From NCBI GenBank assembly GCA_965222375.1, contig CBDCTZ010000015.1, positions 800,001 to 864,000 of the forward strand: a DNA stretch of 64,000 nucleotides. The letters run 5' to 3'. The DNA is from Polyangiaceae bacterium. Lineage in GTDB: Bacteria > Myxococcota_A > Polyangia > Polyangiales > Polyangiaceae. Position numbers and translations under genes: made by a program. Under the pieces are notes generated by a model. The model ran no database searches, was not told the DNA's origin, and saw only the letters and a list, made by a program, of their open reading frames with translations. Below are positions 1 through 9,813 of this stretch, piece by piece; position 1 is the stretch's first letter; every line of letters begins with the position of its first letter.

Positions 1-1
1 G

Positions 2-1108
2 ACGGCGCTCGGTTCAACCGCGCTCTCCAAAGGGGAAGCACACATCCGCCTGGGAGAGCTCGAAGAAGCCCTTGCATGCTTTGACGTTGCACGGGTAGCG
101 GGCACGGACATTAGCGACCAGCATCAGGTCGCGTTGGCCGAATGCAGACTAGGCGCTGCAAAACGAGACCTGGGTAGCTTTGCCGAGGCAGAACGCCACC
201 TGCAAACCGCCTTGGAGCTAACGGAACCACAGGGCCGCTCGAGCCTCGCGAGGATGACCTGGCGAGAGCTCGGGCTCCTACGCCATGAGCAGGGCCGCTT
301 GGGTGCAGCGCGAGGATGCTATCTACGAGCGCACGATCCGTCGAAGGACGCGTCGGGCCTTGCGCCGGTGCCCGTGTACACTGCGCGCGGGCTCTTGGAG
401 CTCGACTCTTGGCGGCTGGAACACGCCAGGTCGGAGTTCGCGGAAGCGCGGCGCTTGGCAGTTCTGGGTACCGAAAAGCGCGACCTGCTCCTTTCGCACC
501 TCTGTCTGGCGGCGGTCCTCGTGTTCTGCGAGGAGTCTTCTTTTGCGCGAAGACTCGTGAAGGACGCTCGAGAGATGGGGGACACAACCTGGTTGGCCGA
601 GCCCATCTCGAGAGTAGTCGAAACTCTCGAGACTGCAGCGCGCTCGACCGAGGCGCGTTCCGGGCGGCCTCCCTTGCTCGACCCCGTCACTCAATGCGCC
701 AATGCCGAGCTACGAGCTCTTGCACGAGTGATGCTACGTCACTGGCGCAAGCACCAGCGCCGCGTTTCGAGAAACCGCGACGGAGAGTCGAGAGATCTGA
801 AAATCGACCTGGTTCTGCGGACAGCACGGCTGGGCGGCAAGAAGCTGCGGCTACGCCACCGCCGGGCGCTGTGGCGCATACTGCTGCGCCTCGCAAGAGC
901 AGAGGGAAACAGAGTAGTGAGCGCCAACGAGCTGGTCGCGGAAGGCTGGCGAGGGGAGCGCATCGACGAAAAGGCGGCGGCCGCACGGTTGTACTTCGCC
1001 GTATATGAACTACGCCGCCTTGGGTTGAAGGGCGTAATCCTGACTTCGAAGAATGGCTACGTGATCTCGGACGAAGTTCGCATCGTGATCAAGTCGTCGA
1101 CAACCTAG
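2..1108 (+). CDS. TPR-repeat protein with C-terminal winged-helix DNA-binding domain (5' partial)
   Basis: Frame is open from the window start. TPR-like helices (LGSFAEAERHLQTALEL, LGLLRHEQGRLGAARGCY). C-terminal VVSANELVAEGWRGERIDEKAAAARLYFAVYELRRLGL...NGYVI resembles an OmpR-like wHTH seen in myxobacterial regulators. Confidence 0.75.
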   Translation, partial: TALGSTALSKGEAHIRLGELEEALACFDVARVAGTDISDQHQVALAECRLGAAKRDLGSFAEAERHLQTALELTEPQGRSSLARMTWRELGLLRHEQGRLGAARGCYLRAHDPSKDASGLAPVPVYTARGLLELDSWRLEHARSEFAEARRLAVLGTEKRDLLLSHLCLAAVLVFCEESSFARRLVKDAREMGDTTWLAEPISRVVETLETAARSTEARSGRPPLLDPVTQCANAELRALARVMLRHWRKHQRRVSRNRDGESRDLKIDLVLRTARLGGKKLRLRHRRALWRILLRLARAEGNRVVSANELVAEGWRGERIDEKAAAARLYFAVYELRRLGLKGVILTSKNGYVISDEVRIVIKSSTT

Positions 1109-1140
1109 CTACCGCTGCGGCGCAGGTTGCGGCATCCATG
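992..1140 (+). repeat. Direct repeat copy A: last 39 codons of the wHTH gene plus downstream sequence
   Basis: 992-1108 aligns without gaps to 2764-2880 (101/117 identical by hand count). Similarity continues through ctacNgctgcggc and gcggcatccatg. Confidence 0.9.
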
Positions 1141-1294
1141 AGCGCGACTGGGCCCATTCTATCGACACGTCGGCATCCTACGGCTTCCGAGCGCATCTGC
1201 TGGCACGTCTGAGCGCGCTCAGAACACCCAAGGGAGCCACGGTAGCCCCTGCACGAGAACGGCGCGACCACGCGGCCTGATGGTCGACGACGCG

Positions 1295-2680
1295 TCACTT
1301 CGGAAGACAGCCATCATTGCTCGCACCCGCGTGGCCATATGTACCGATACAGGCGTCGAGTCGCTTCAAGTCCATATCGCACGCGCAGGAACTCACGAGA
1401 CGCAGATTGGTGACTTGGTCACTCGGATCGAGCGCGACGATCGACACCTGACCTCCAAGGGCAGTCGCGGCGATTGAAGTGCACGCGGTTCGCCACTTGC
1501 TGCTGCCCGAAGGTTGGCTGAACCAAATCTGCCCCAACTCGCGTCCGCTGCACGCCAGGTTGCCAGCCACGACGGAGAAGTTCGACGAGGCGCTTGAACT
1601 CCTCAGATCGAAAGCAAGACCATACGAAGCTGTCGGATCGGCCGGCGCACTGCAGAGCTGTCGCTGTACGGTTGGTCCTGCGACCCCTCCCTGGCCTCCG
1701 TCGGACCCCGCGCTGCCCCCGCTGGAACCCGCACCTCCGCCAGTGCTGATGCCTGCCGATCCGCCGGTGCTGATGCCCGCACTGCCCCCAGTTCCGCCAG
1801 TGCCTGAGCCTGCCGATCCGCCGGTGCTGGAGCCCGCGCTGCCTCCACTGGAGGGTCCGCCGCCGCTGCCTCCAACACCGGAAGAGCCTCCAAAGGCGCC
1901 CACGCCACCGAGGTTAGAGAGCCCATCACCGAAACCGGTACCACCGGTGCTGAAACCCGCACTACCGGAGGCGAGCGCGGGATCGTTTGGATCGAGACAC
2001 GGCAAGCTCGTGTCACAGTTGGCAGTCCAGCTCACGGGTGGATTCTCATATCTCGGGCAAGTGGAGCCACCGTCGGCCGGAAAACCACCACTCTTGTTGT
2101 GAACCAAGACACCCTCCGCGAAGTAATTGTGGTGCTCGGCAACTTCGATGTTGTAGACCTGGGTGGGAATGATGTCGACGCCCGCTTGAAAGCCGCTGGC
2201 AACCGCGCTCATCACGTCATTCGCCTCATTGAGAGCGAGCAGTCGCGCGTCCCCAGCGACTTCGTCCGCCCGCACGTATCGACGCTCATCCGGCAAGTAG
2301 AAAGGGTGATTGGCGGTTACGCCAAGACTCCTACCGCTAGTGAGAGAAAACCGCCCAGGGACGATGTCCGCATAGACCATCGTGCTTACGACGGGTCGCG
2401 GCACGACACGGTGCTGATTCTCGTCGTAGGCAAGCACGAGATCACCCACTTGCAACCCTTCGATGGAGCGTTCTCCGCGGGGAGTGGCGATCCGGGTCCC
2501 GGCTACAAAACACGTGTGCAGTCCCCCGGTCGCACCTGAACCGGCTGTTCCCCCGCTCCCCCCTGAACCGGCTGTTCCCCCACTCCCCCCGGTCTCGTTC
2601 GCGGTGCCACCGCACGCCAGCAGGGCGAAAGTGAGTGGCCAAATGAGCTTGAACTTCACATAGGCTATTGTCGTGTTCAT
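1295..2680 (-). CDS. Lipoprotein with Hint (BIL/PT-HINT-like) autoprocessing domain and Cys-containing C-terminal domain
   Basis: Lipobox LLAC and Gly/Ser linker, then CFVAGTRIATPRG...TANHPF...VYNIEVAEHHNYFAEGVLVHN (2512-2096). ATG 2680 chosen because it follows a sigma54-like promoter. Confidence 0.88.
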   Translation of the reverse strand: MNTTIAYVKFKLIWPLTFALLACGGTANETGGSGGTAGSGGSGGTAGSGATGGLHTCFVAGTRIATPRGERSIEGLQVGDLVLAYDENQHRVVPRPVVSTMVYADIVPGRFSLTSGRSLGVTANHPFYLPDERRYVRADEVAGDARLLALNEANDVMSAVASGFQAGVDIIPTQVYNIEVAEHHNYFAEGVLVHNKSGGFPADGGSTCPRYENPPVSWTANCDTSLPCLDPNDPALASGSAGFSTGGTGFGDGLSNLGGVGAFGGSSGVGGSGGGPSSGGSAGSSTGGSAGSGTGGTGGSAGISTGGSAGISTGGGAGSSGGSAGSDGGQGGVAGPTVQRQLCSAPADPTASYGLAFDLRSSSASSNFSVVAGNLACSGRELGQIWFSQPSGSSKWRTACTSIAATALGGQVSIVALDPSDQVTNLRLVSSCACDMDLKRLDACIGTYGHAGASNDGCLPK

Positions 2681-2696
2681 ATTGACGAACACGCCG

Positions 2697-2712
2697 AGCA
2701 ACAGGCGTACCA
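2697..2712 (-). promoter_or_regulatory. sigma54 -24/-12 promoter of the Hint lipoprotein gene
   Basis: Minus strand TGGTACGCCTGTTGCT, GG-N10-GC, 18 nt before ATG 2680. Confidence 0.7.
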
Positions 2713-2763
2713 ATCGCCCTGGCTTTGCTCGGCCCAATACTGCAAGAACGGGAACCGCGATGC

Positions 2764-2921
2764 CATTTCGCTATGTATGAATTGCGCCACCTCGGGTTGA
2801 CGGGCGTATTCCTGACTTCGAAGAATGGCTGCGTGATCTCGGACGAATTTCGCACCGTGCTCAAGTCGTCGGCAACCTAGCTACGGCTGCGGCACACGTA
2901 CTGCACGCTGCGGCATCCATG
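2764..2921 (+). repeat. Direct repeat copy B: decayed 3' end of the wHTH gene
   Basis: Translates HFAMYELRHLGLTGVFLTSKNGCVISDEFRTVLKSSAT* versus YFAVYELRRLGLKGVILTSKNGYVISDEVRIVIKSSTT* in copy A. No homologous upstream part. Confidence 0.9.
2890..2905 (+). promoter_or_regulatory. sigma54 -24/-12 promoter
   Basis: CGGCACACGTACTGCA, GG-N10-GC, 15 nt before ATG 2919. Confidence 0.55.
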
Positions 2922-3615
2922 CAGCAGGAGCGACTCGTCGCGCTCCAGCCCGGCCAGAAGTCCGCGTGCTGCGATTCCCCAACCGCGCCGGCGTCGTGTT
3001 CGACGCTCCCGAAGCGTCGGATGCGCGAGCAAAAGTGCCAAGACATGCAACGAGCAGACGTTCGTGGAAACCTGCACGACGCCCACCTCGAGAAAGCACT
3101 GTGACTCATGTGTGGTCAAAACCACCGACTGCAGCACGGTCATTTCTATCACCCCAAGCACGGGTCAGATCACGAAAGAACCCGGCAAGTGCGCCATCGT
3201 CGCGGGCGAGGCCAAGTGTGTTCGCGCTAGCGAACCGACCTGCGACCCGGCTCAGACCCCGGACAAGTGCGTGGGGAACACCGCCGTCTACTGCGACGGC
3301 CTGGTTCGGAAAGTGGATTGCGCCGCCTTGGGACAGGAGTGCGCAGTGGCCAAGGGTTGGGCAGGCTGCCGTCCAACGGGCGCTAAACCCTGCACGCTGT
3401 CGCACGAGATGTCCTGTGCCGACGCAACTACGGTTAGTAGCTGCTGTCCGCCCAATGGGCTTTTCGATCCAGACTCTCCGAGCTCCTCCACAATGCTGCG
3501 CTGCGTCCCCGGCTACGAAGCCCGCTACGACTGCGTGAAGCTGAAGTTCGACGCCTCCTACGTCTGCAGCTCGCCTTTTCCTTTCTTCGCGGAATGCCGC
3601 TACCCAAAAAGCTGA
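2919..3615 (+). pseudogene. Cys-rich secreted/lipoprotein gene with apparently frameshifted 5' end (intact part is ORF 3064-3615)
   Basis: The Cys-rich frame continues upstream of GTG 3064 as ...SVGCASKSAKTCNEQTFVETC with no in-frame start. The promoter-linked ATG 2919 is in another frame. Confidence 0.5.
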
Positions 3616-3660
3616 TCACTGTGGCAGCCATCGCCTGCGATGGCATCTACTTTCAACGCT

Positions 3661-3676
3661 TGGCACGAAGCCTGCT
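3661..3676 (+). promoter_or_regulatory. sigma54 -24/-12 promoter
   Basis: TGGCACGAAGCCTGCT, 15 nt before ATG 3690. Confidence 0.65.
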
Positions 3677-3689
3677 TCGGTTCCTACTC

Positions 3690-4295
3690 ATGATGCCCAA
3701 ATCCTCTCGACTAGGTCCCCCATTGTTCACGCTCATCTGCGCCTTGACTTGCAGCGGTTGCGGCGGGTCTAGCGAACCGACATCGAGCAGCGTGGCGCCG
3801 GACGCTGGCGAGGCGGGTTCGCAGAGCGACTCTGGCGTAGTCACGCAGACTGACTCCGGCGTAGTCACGCAGACTGACTCCGGTGAGGCTGGCATGCCAA
3901 GTGATAGTGCCCCGCCAATTGGGACCCCTGGTTCGCACGTTTGGGGCACGTCGAGCGTTGCGGTCAAACTAGAACACCATTGGTTCTATGACACTTGGGG
4001 TCCAGATGCGAGTCCGCCGGCTGGGGGAAGTAAGTGTTGGAGTTATGCTCGCGAGAGCATGTCCGCTGCCGAGCTGTTGAAACTGGAAGAGCTGGTTCTG
4101 ATTCCGATCAAAGAGAACTGCATGTCAGACGGATTCTCGTACTACAAACTCACCGTCATTGACGGCCAGGGTGGCGCGATGGTTTTCAGCGACACGGGTT
4201 GCAGCCATCGCAAAGTCGCGGGGGCGACCGCCATGCTTCCTCAAACGTTTGGCGGTGCGTTCGCTGGAGGCACCGGCGTTGCCTGCGACAAGTAA
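3690..4295 (+). CDS. Hypothetical lipoprotein
   Basis: Signal peptide with lipobox CSGC. Linker carries a 24-bp tandem duplication (DSGVVTQT x2). Small Cys-containing C-terminal domain. Confidence 0.75.
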   Translation: MMPKSSRLGPPLFTLICALTCSGCGGSSEPTSSSVAPDAGEAGSQSDSGVVTQTDSGVVTQTDSGEAGMPSDSAPPIGTPGSHVWGTSSVAVKLEHHWFYDTWGPDASPPAGGSKCWSYARESMSAAELLKLEELVLIPIKENCMSDGFSYYKLTVIDGQGGAMVFSDTGCSHRKVAGATAMLPQTFGGAFAGGTGVACDK

Positions 4296-4907
4296 CCGCT
4301 AGCTGGTGCACCCGGCAGCGGAGACCTAACGCTCTCCGATTCGAACCCATCCAGTGTGTAGCGCGTCGCGGGAGGCGCAGCCGAAGAGCATATCGTGAGG
4401 GATACACCCAGTATCGGGCGACCTGCACCCGAGCGGACAACGGCCTTTGGGCTCGTTTCTCCACCCAAATCTTGCTTGTGCGCGACGAGAATGGTGCCGA
4501 GCCACAAGTCACGGCAGGCAACAAATCGTCATGGCTGATGTCGCTGATGACTCGCTCGAAAGGCGGATTTCGGCTCGAAGTGAGGCGCCGTGGGGATCAG
4601 CCACGCTCCACACGCGTAAAGAAGGTTGGGGTTGGGGTCGAGCACCGGTGCGCCCCAGGCCGCTACTCCCGCCCTAGGCCTAGCTCGACCATCCGGACCT
4701 GTTGGCCCCAGACGTGCATCTCTGTCCGGATCTGTGCCACGCAGGCTCCCGCTGAGCGGTAGTGCCAAGCCGGAGTTGGCGCTATAACGGGTATGTGGCG
4801 TCTTTTCGCCCATAGCCGGCTCTGGCTCGCCGGTTGCACGCGTTCTTGAGATGGGTCGCAGCCAGGCCCCATCGTCTGTGGCTTAATGGACCCTCAGGAG
4901 GCTTCTC

Positions 4908-7358
4908 ATGCGTTCGCTCCGCTTTGTTGTTCTGACGTCTTTGACTCTGCCGTTCGCCATCGTCGTCGCTTGCGGCGGCAGCGAAGATAACAAGGTAGTC
5001 GGTGGCGGCGGAATAGGCGCCGCAGCCGGCGCAGGCGGTGGGACGGGCGGCGGAATCGATCTGGATTCGGGCACTGGCGGTGGCCCGGCGCAGTGTGGCC
5101 CGACGAAGCCCTGTGAAGCCGGCGTGTGCTCCAAGGGCATTTGTTGCGACACGGCGGAACAGGCGTGCGGCGGCCAGTGTTGTTCGTCTGGCGACGTATG
5201 TCTCTTCGAGCTGTGCAAGACCCCGGGCAAGCCGTGTCAGAGTTCGGCGGACTGCGGCGACGACAAGTACTGCGAGACCAGCTTGGGGGACACCCCCGAC
5301 GGCGGCGCAGGTGACGCGGGCGCAAACGATGGTGGCAAGGTCTGCACCACCGCGGTGGCCAACGCCGGACGCTGTATCGACCTGCCGCCCATCTGCGGCG
5401 ACGGTGGCGGCACCGATGCTGGCAATTGCTTCGAAAAGTGCGAGTTCTTCCCGCCGCCGGGGAATCTGAACACGACCAAGAAGTGGCAGTGGGGACAAGA
5501 AATCAAGCCGCCCGAGTTTGCGGGCTTCATCGACACCTGGTCGACCCCGACTGTCGGCCGTGTCTACGATTCCAACTGTGACGGCACAGTAAACGCCGGC
5601 GATTCGCCAGCGGTGGTGTTCGTTTCTGGCAATGGCAAGGGCACATGCTGCCATTGCACCGGCGACACGGTCAGCCAGTGCAAGACTGGCGTGCTGCGAG
5701 CGGTCGACGGGCGCACCGGCACGACGCTCTGGTCTTTGCGCAGAGCCGAGCCCGGCAGCGTCGGATTCGCTGCCATGAGCACTGCGCTGGGCGACATCGA
5801 CGGCAACGGAAGCATGGAAATCGTGGCCATGACTGGCGAGGGCAAGCTGGCGCTGATCAGCGGTGACGGCAACGTCCTGGCGCTGTCCGACAAGCCCTAC
5901 CCCAACCCAAACCCAAGCACCTTCGGATGGGGTGGCGGCATTGCCCTCGGGGACATGGATGGCGACGGCAACCCCGAAGCGGCCTTTGGCGCTACCGTCT
6001 GGACCCTCACCAGCACGAGTGTCACGCGCTTGTTCAACGGCACGGCGGGTAGCGGTGGACCGGTGTCGCAGGCGATGTCCTTCTTCGTCGACCTGGATGG
6101 CAACGGAAGCCTGGAGCTCTTCGCAAGCAACTCGGCCTACAAGAAAGACGGCACGACTCTGTGGAACCGCGCTGCGGCGGGTCCGCTTGGCGCGGCGATT
6201 CCCAATGGCCTCAGCGCCGCCGCGGACTTCGACGGCGACAAGAAGCCCGAGGTGGTCATCGTTTCCGGCGGCAAGGTTTGGATCCTCGAAGGCGCGACCG
6301 GCGCCGACGAACTGGGTCCTTTCACCTTGCTGGGCACGGGTAGCGGTGGACCACCGACCGTTGCAGACTTTGACGGCGACGGGAAAGCCGAGATCGGTGT
6401 TGCTCAGAAGAACAAGTATTCGATGCTGAAACCCGACTATGCCAACAAAACCATCGTGAGCGTTTGGGAGGCGCCGAACCACGATCTGTCTTCGTCGGTC
6501 ACGGGCTCGAGCGTGTTCGACTTCGAAGGCGACGGCAAAGCCGAGGTCATCTACAACGACGAGTGCTTCTTGTGGGTCTACGACGGCACGACCGGCAAGG
6601 TCCTGTTGGCGGAGTTGACCACCTCCTTCACCGGCACCGAAGCCTCGATCGTCGCGGACGTGGACGGCGACGGCCACTCGGAAATCGTCATGATCTCCAA
6701 CGGCGCCAGCCCAACTAGCTGGAAGTGCAACGTCGCTCCCTGGAACCAGCCGGATCCGGCCAACAACCGACCGGCCTGGAAGCCCCCGGCGGGCCACACG
6801 GCGTACCGCGGGCTCACGGTGTGGGGCGACAAGCAGAACTCCTGGGTCGGTACCCGCACCCTGTGGAATCAGCATGCCTACTCAGTGTCCAACATCTGCG
6901 ACGATCGAGACAGTGCCTGCACCGCTCCGAATACCTACGGTCTGATCCCGAAGCAGCAGCAGGCCAACTGGACACTGCCGTGGCTGAACAACTTCCGACA
7001 GAACGTGCAAGACCAGGGGATCTTCAACGCCCCGGACGCCGTGGTCACGGTCAACGTGGAGTGCAGCGATCCCGTGATTGTGCATGTCACCGTGCGCAAC
7101 ATCGGGCTCTCGGGGCTGCCCGCTGGCGTGCCCGTGGACATCTACAACGGCAGCAACAAGATCGGCAGCGTGACGACAACGCAACCCTTGGGCCCGGGGC
7201 AGAGCGAAACCATCGCGTTCAGCGTTCCTGCAGGCAGTGGCGGTCAGAACGATACCTACAGTGCCAAGATCGACCAGGGCACGAACAAGACCTTCAACGA
7301 ATGTCGTGAGGACAACAACGACGCCCTGGGTGCGAAGGCCAACTGCGGGCCGAAGTGA
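4908..7358 (+). CDS. FG-GAP/VCBS-repeat lipoprotein with Cys-rich N-terminus and CARDB-like C-terminal domain
   Basis: SD aggagg; lipobox VVAC. Repeated DxDGDG/DxDGNG motifs (GDIDGNG, GDMDGDG, ADFDGDG, FDFEGDG, ADVDGDG). C-terminal VRNIG...ECREDNN. Confidence 0.88.
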   Translation: MRSLRFVVLTSLTLPFAIVVACGGSEDNKVVGGGGIGAAAGAGGGTGGGIDLDSGTGGGPAQCGPTKPCEAGVCSKGICCDTAEQACGGQCCSSGDVCLFELCKTPGKPCQSSADCGDDKYCETSLGDTPDGGAGDAGANDGGKVCTTAVANAGRCIDLPPICGDGGGTDAGNCFEKCEFFPPPGNLNTTKKWQWGQEIKPPEFAGFIDTWSTPTVGRVYDSNCDGTVNAGDSPAVVFVSGNGKGTCCHCTGDTVSQCKTGVLRAVDGRTGTTLWSLRRAEPGSVGFAAMSTALGDIDGNGSMEIVAMTGEGKLALISGDGNVLALSDKPYPNPNPSTFGWGGGIALGDMDGDGNPEAAFGATVWTLTSTSVTRLFNGTAGSGGPVSQAMSFFVDLDGNGSLELFASNSAYKKDGTTLWNRAAAGPLGAAIPNGLSAAADFDGDKKPEVVIVSGGKVWILEGATGADELGPFTLLGTGSGGPPTVADFDGDGKAEIGVAQKNKYSMLKPDYANKTIVSVWEAPNHDLSSSVTGSSVFDFEGDGKAEVIYNDECFLWVYDGTTGKVLLAELTTSFTGTEASIVADVDGDGHSEIVMISNGASPTSWKCNVAPWNQPDPANNRPAWKPPAGHTAYRGLTVWGDKQNSWVGTRTLWNQHAYSVSNICDDRDSACTAPNTYGLIPKQQQANWTLPWLNNFRQNVQDQGIFNAPDAVVTVNVECSDPVIVHVTVRNIGLSGLPAGVPVDIYNGSNKIGSVTTTQPLGPGQSETIAFSVPAGSGGQNDTYSAKIDQGTNKTFNECREDNNDALGAKANCGPK

Positions 7359-7864
7359 GTTCCGAGCCGAAGCAGTTTCAGATCCCAGAGCAGAGCTCGA
7401 GCTCTGGCGGGTGCCTCAAGGTGCTCGCCATCACCCTGCCGCTCATTGCTCTGACCGCGTTCTTGTTCTGGAAGGTGTCGCAATCCGCGGGGCGCGGCGC
7501 AGAAGTCTCTGAACGGGTCGTGGGCTCCTACCTGAAGCTGGTCCAGGCGGGCGCGTACCAGCAGGCCCTCGACGCTCACGGCAGTGACGCGTTTCGCAAG
7601 CAAGTCACTGCCGAGAAGCTGAAGGCGGAATACGACAAGCTCGCCAAGCAGCACGGGCGCTTCATTTCCTACGAGCTGTACATCGCCCAAGAGCACCACG
7701 CGATCGGTAGCGATTCGATCGTGCGGGCAAAGTACACCCTGAGGTTCGAAAAGGCTGAGGAGCACGTCGCGTACGACATCTCTGACGAAGGAGGCGCTGC
7801 GAAGATTGCGGAGTCCTACGACAGAGTCGCAGGACGCGATGCGCTGACGCGAATACCCCGCTGA
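7355..7864 (+). CDS. Hypothetical single-TM membrane protein
   Basis: GTGA overlap with the upstream gene; N-terminal hydrophobic helix. Confidence 0.75.
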   Translation: MSSEPKQFQIPEQSSSSGGCLKVLAITLPLIALTAFLFWKVSQSAGRGAEVSERVVGSYLKLVQAGAYQQALDAHGSDAFRKQVTAEKLKAEYDKLAKQHGRFISYELYIAQEHHAIGSDSIVRAKYTLRFEKAEEHVAYDISDEGGAAKIAESYDRVAGRDALTRIPR

Positions 7865-7989
7865 AGCGCGATTCGATGTCGCTAGCGCCTTCAGGAAAGT
7901 GTAGGCGGACGGGTGGCCGGCACGTGCGCCGCTAGCGTGACACCGTCAAGGCGGCGGCTCTTCGAGCACATCGATGTCTACGACTGGTG

Positions 7990-8913
7990 TCAAGCGCCGC
8001 GCGAAGCGTCTGGAATGGTCAGCTGTGCCTCCACAGACGAGTCGCTGAAATAGCCCTCCAACCATTCCCAGACCGCCGACACTCTGGGCACGTTTCTGAG
8101 GGCACGATGGGCGACGAGCCAGAGGCTGCCTTTGGGCAGGGCGACACCTTTCGTCGGCACGCGCACCAGGCCGCCCTCGAGGGCAGCGATGGGCTCCGCT
8201 ACGAGGAGAGCACCGACCCCGGCACGCGCAGCACGCAGCAGCGTCGTCAGCTCGGAGGCCAGAAGCGCAATCCGGGCTTTGGGGAAGGAAGCGGCGAGCC
8301 AACGAGCTTCTGGAATGTGCGCCATGGTCCTGTCCCAGGAGACCCAGGGAAGCTTGGAGAGCTCTGCTCGGGCTTGGTCGGCCAGAGACGGCGCACAGGC
8401 AATGATCATTCGATAGTCAGCTAGCTTGCGGACCACTAAATCGCCTTCATCGGGCTTGACGACGCGCAGTGCCAAGTCGGCTTCGCGCTGGGTCAGATCT
8501 TGCAGCACGTTCGAGGAGGCAAACTCGATCGTGATCTTGGGATGGCGACAGTGCAGACCGTCGAGGGTCGGCACCAACAAGTGGCTGGCGATGGTTGGCG
8601 GCGCCGCCACGCGCACGACCCCTGAGACCGCCACATCGAGCCCGGCCACGTCGAGCCGCATCCCATCGATCGACGCCGCGCATTGTTCCGCCCAAGGCAG
8701 CACTGTTGATAACGCTGCAGTCCCAACGAGACCCGTTGGCAATCGCTCGAAGAGCCGAACCCCAAGCGAGCTCTCGACCCACTCGATCCGTCGCAGAACC
8801 GTGGCGGTCGTCGTGCCCAACCTGGATGCCGCTTGGGTCGCACTCCCCTCTTCCGCGGCGCAGAGCACCGCTGGCAATCCGGTCAGCAGTTCGAGGGGCA
8901 GCCGCTCTTCCAT
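7990..8913 (-). CDS. LysR-family transcriptional regulator
   Basis: N-terminal HTH AEEGSATQAASRLGTTTATVLRRIEWVESSLGVRLFER. Substrate-binding domain with GVVRVAAP and READLALR. Confidence 0.93.
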   Translation of the reverse strand: MEERLPLELLTGLPAVLCAAEEGSATQAASRLGTTTATVLRRIEWVESSLGVRLFERLPTGLVGTAALSTVLPWAEQCAASIDGMRLDVAGLDVAVSGVVRVAAPPTIASHLLVPTLDGLHCRHPKITIEFASSNVLQDLTQREADLALRVVKPDEGDLVVRKLADYRMIIACAPSLADQARAELSKLPWVSWDRTMAHIPEARWLAASFPKARIALLASELTTLLRAARAGVGALLVAEPIAALEGGLVRVPTKGVALPKGSLWLVAHRALRNVPRVSAVWEWLEGYFSDSSVEAQLTIPDASRGA

Positions 8914-9057
8914 TGGGTTTTCCTCCGTCGAGCAGAACCTAGTGTTTCATCAGCAAAACATACCATGCCGTCAATGCCAATGGTGTTTCGTGCAGAGAAT
9001 ACCTATCTCGAAGAGCGGAAAGGGCCCAGTCGCCCCAGGGCCGAAGGGAAGAGACAC

Positions 9058-9663
9058 ATGGATTTGAGGCATCCGCCCAGGATTCTTGGCTTCGTCTCCG
9101 TGCTTGTGACCACCGCACAGGCGCACGCACAGGCAGCGAATGAAACTCGCGAGCAGACTCATCGCTGGGGCGCTGAGATCGATCTCGTTCAACCCTTCAT
9201 TCCAACGGTTCACATCATCAAGCCAAAGCTCACATGGACAGCCTGGGGGAAGTCGGGTGGCCCGCGCGGCGACTTGCTCGCCATTGTCTACATCCGACCG
9301 CACGTACCCCATGACGTCGTCGAAACCATTGACGAGTACATGTTGGGACTCGGCTACCGGCAGTACATTTGGAGGGGGCTGCACCTCGAAGCTCTGGTCG
9401 AAGCAGGGGTGGCCTGGGGAACCAACAAGTTCGACGGCAAGGAGTACACGACCGCTACGCTCTTTGGCGAGGTCAACCTCGGCTATCGCTTTGGATTCTA
9501 CGAGCCGGGTGGCTACAGCTATGACGGCGGGCAGCAGGTGGGCTTCTACGTTGCACCTCAGTTCGGGACCATCTTCAGCCTTGGCGTCGCTGATATCGGA
9601 CCGCGAGACGGCAAGCCCGATTGGTTTCTCCAGGGCAACCTGCTCGCGGGCCTGTCTTTCTGA
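9058..9663 (+). CDS. Secreted protein, possible small outer-membrane beta-barrel
   Basis: Signal peptide ending AQAHA, alternating amphipathic strands, terminal Phe (LLAGLSF). Divergent from the LysR gene. Confidence 0.65.
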   Translation: MDLRHPPRILGFVSVLVTTAQAHAQAANETREQTHRWGAEIDLVQPFIPTVHIIKPKLTWTAWGKSGGPRGDLLAIVYIRPHVPHDVVETIDEYMLGLGYRQYIWRGLHLEALVEAGVAWGTNKFDGKEYTTATLFGEVNLGYRFGFYEPGGYSYDGGQQVGFYVAPQFGTIFSLGVADIGPRDGKPDWFLQGNLLAGLSF

Positions 9664-9813
9664 ACCCCGAAGCATTCCACACGCACAAAACCGAGGTGAA
9701 GCGCGTCGTCGTCCTCAGAAAGCCAGGTCCGGGCACCCCAAATAGGCCGCTAACTGCCAGCGATGATACAGTCCGGCCGCTGCGTCCGTTCGGGGACGCG
9801 AGGGGACTCTCGG

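Noticed and set aside
2096..2512. Canonical splicing intein or homing endonuclease
   Set aside because: The +1 residue is Lys, there is no endonuclease insert, and the host is not a conserved enzyme. Better read as a BIL/Hint cleavage domain.
4296..4900. ORF 4199-4762 and other short ORFs in this gap
   Set aside because: It overlaps the upstream gene and has no convincing start or family signature.
4782..6875. 697-aa minus-strand ORF and similar long shadow ORFs (e.g. 12060-13172, 25089-26036, 46823-47755, 51055-52317)
   Set aside because: They are antisense to well-supported genes, expected in high-GC DNA, and have no recognisable motifs.
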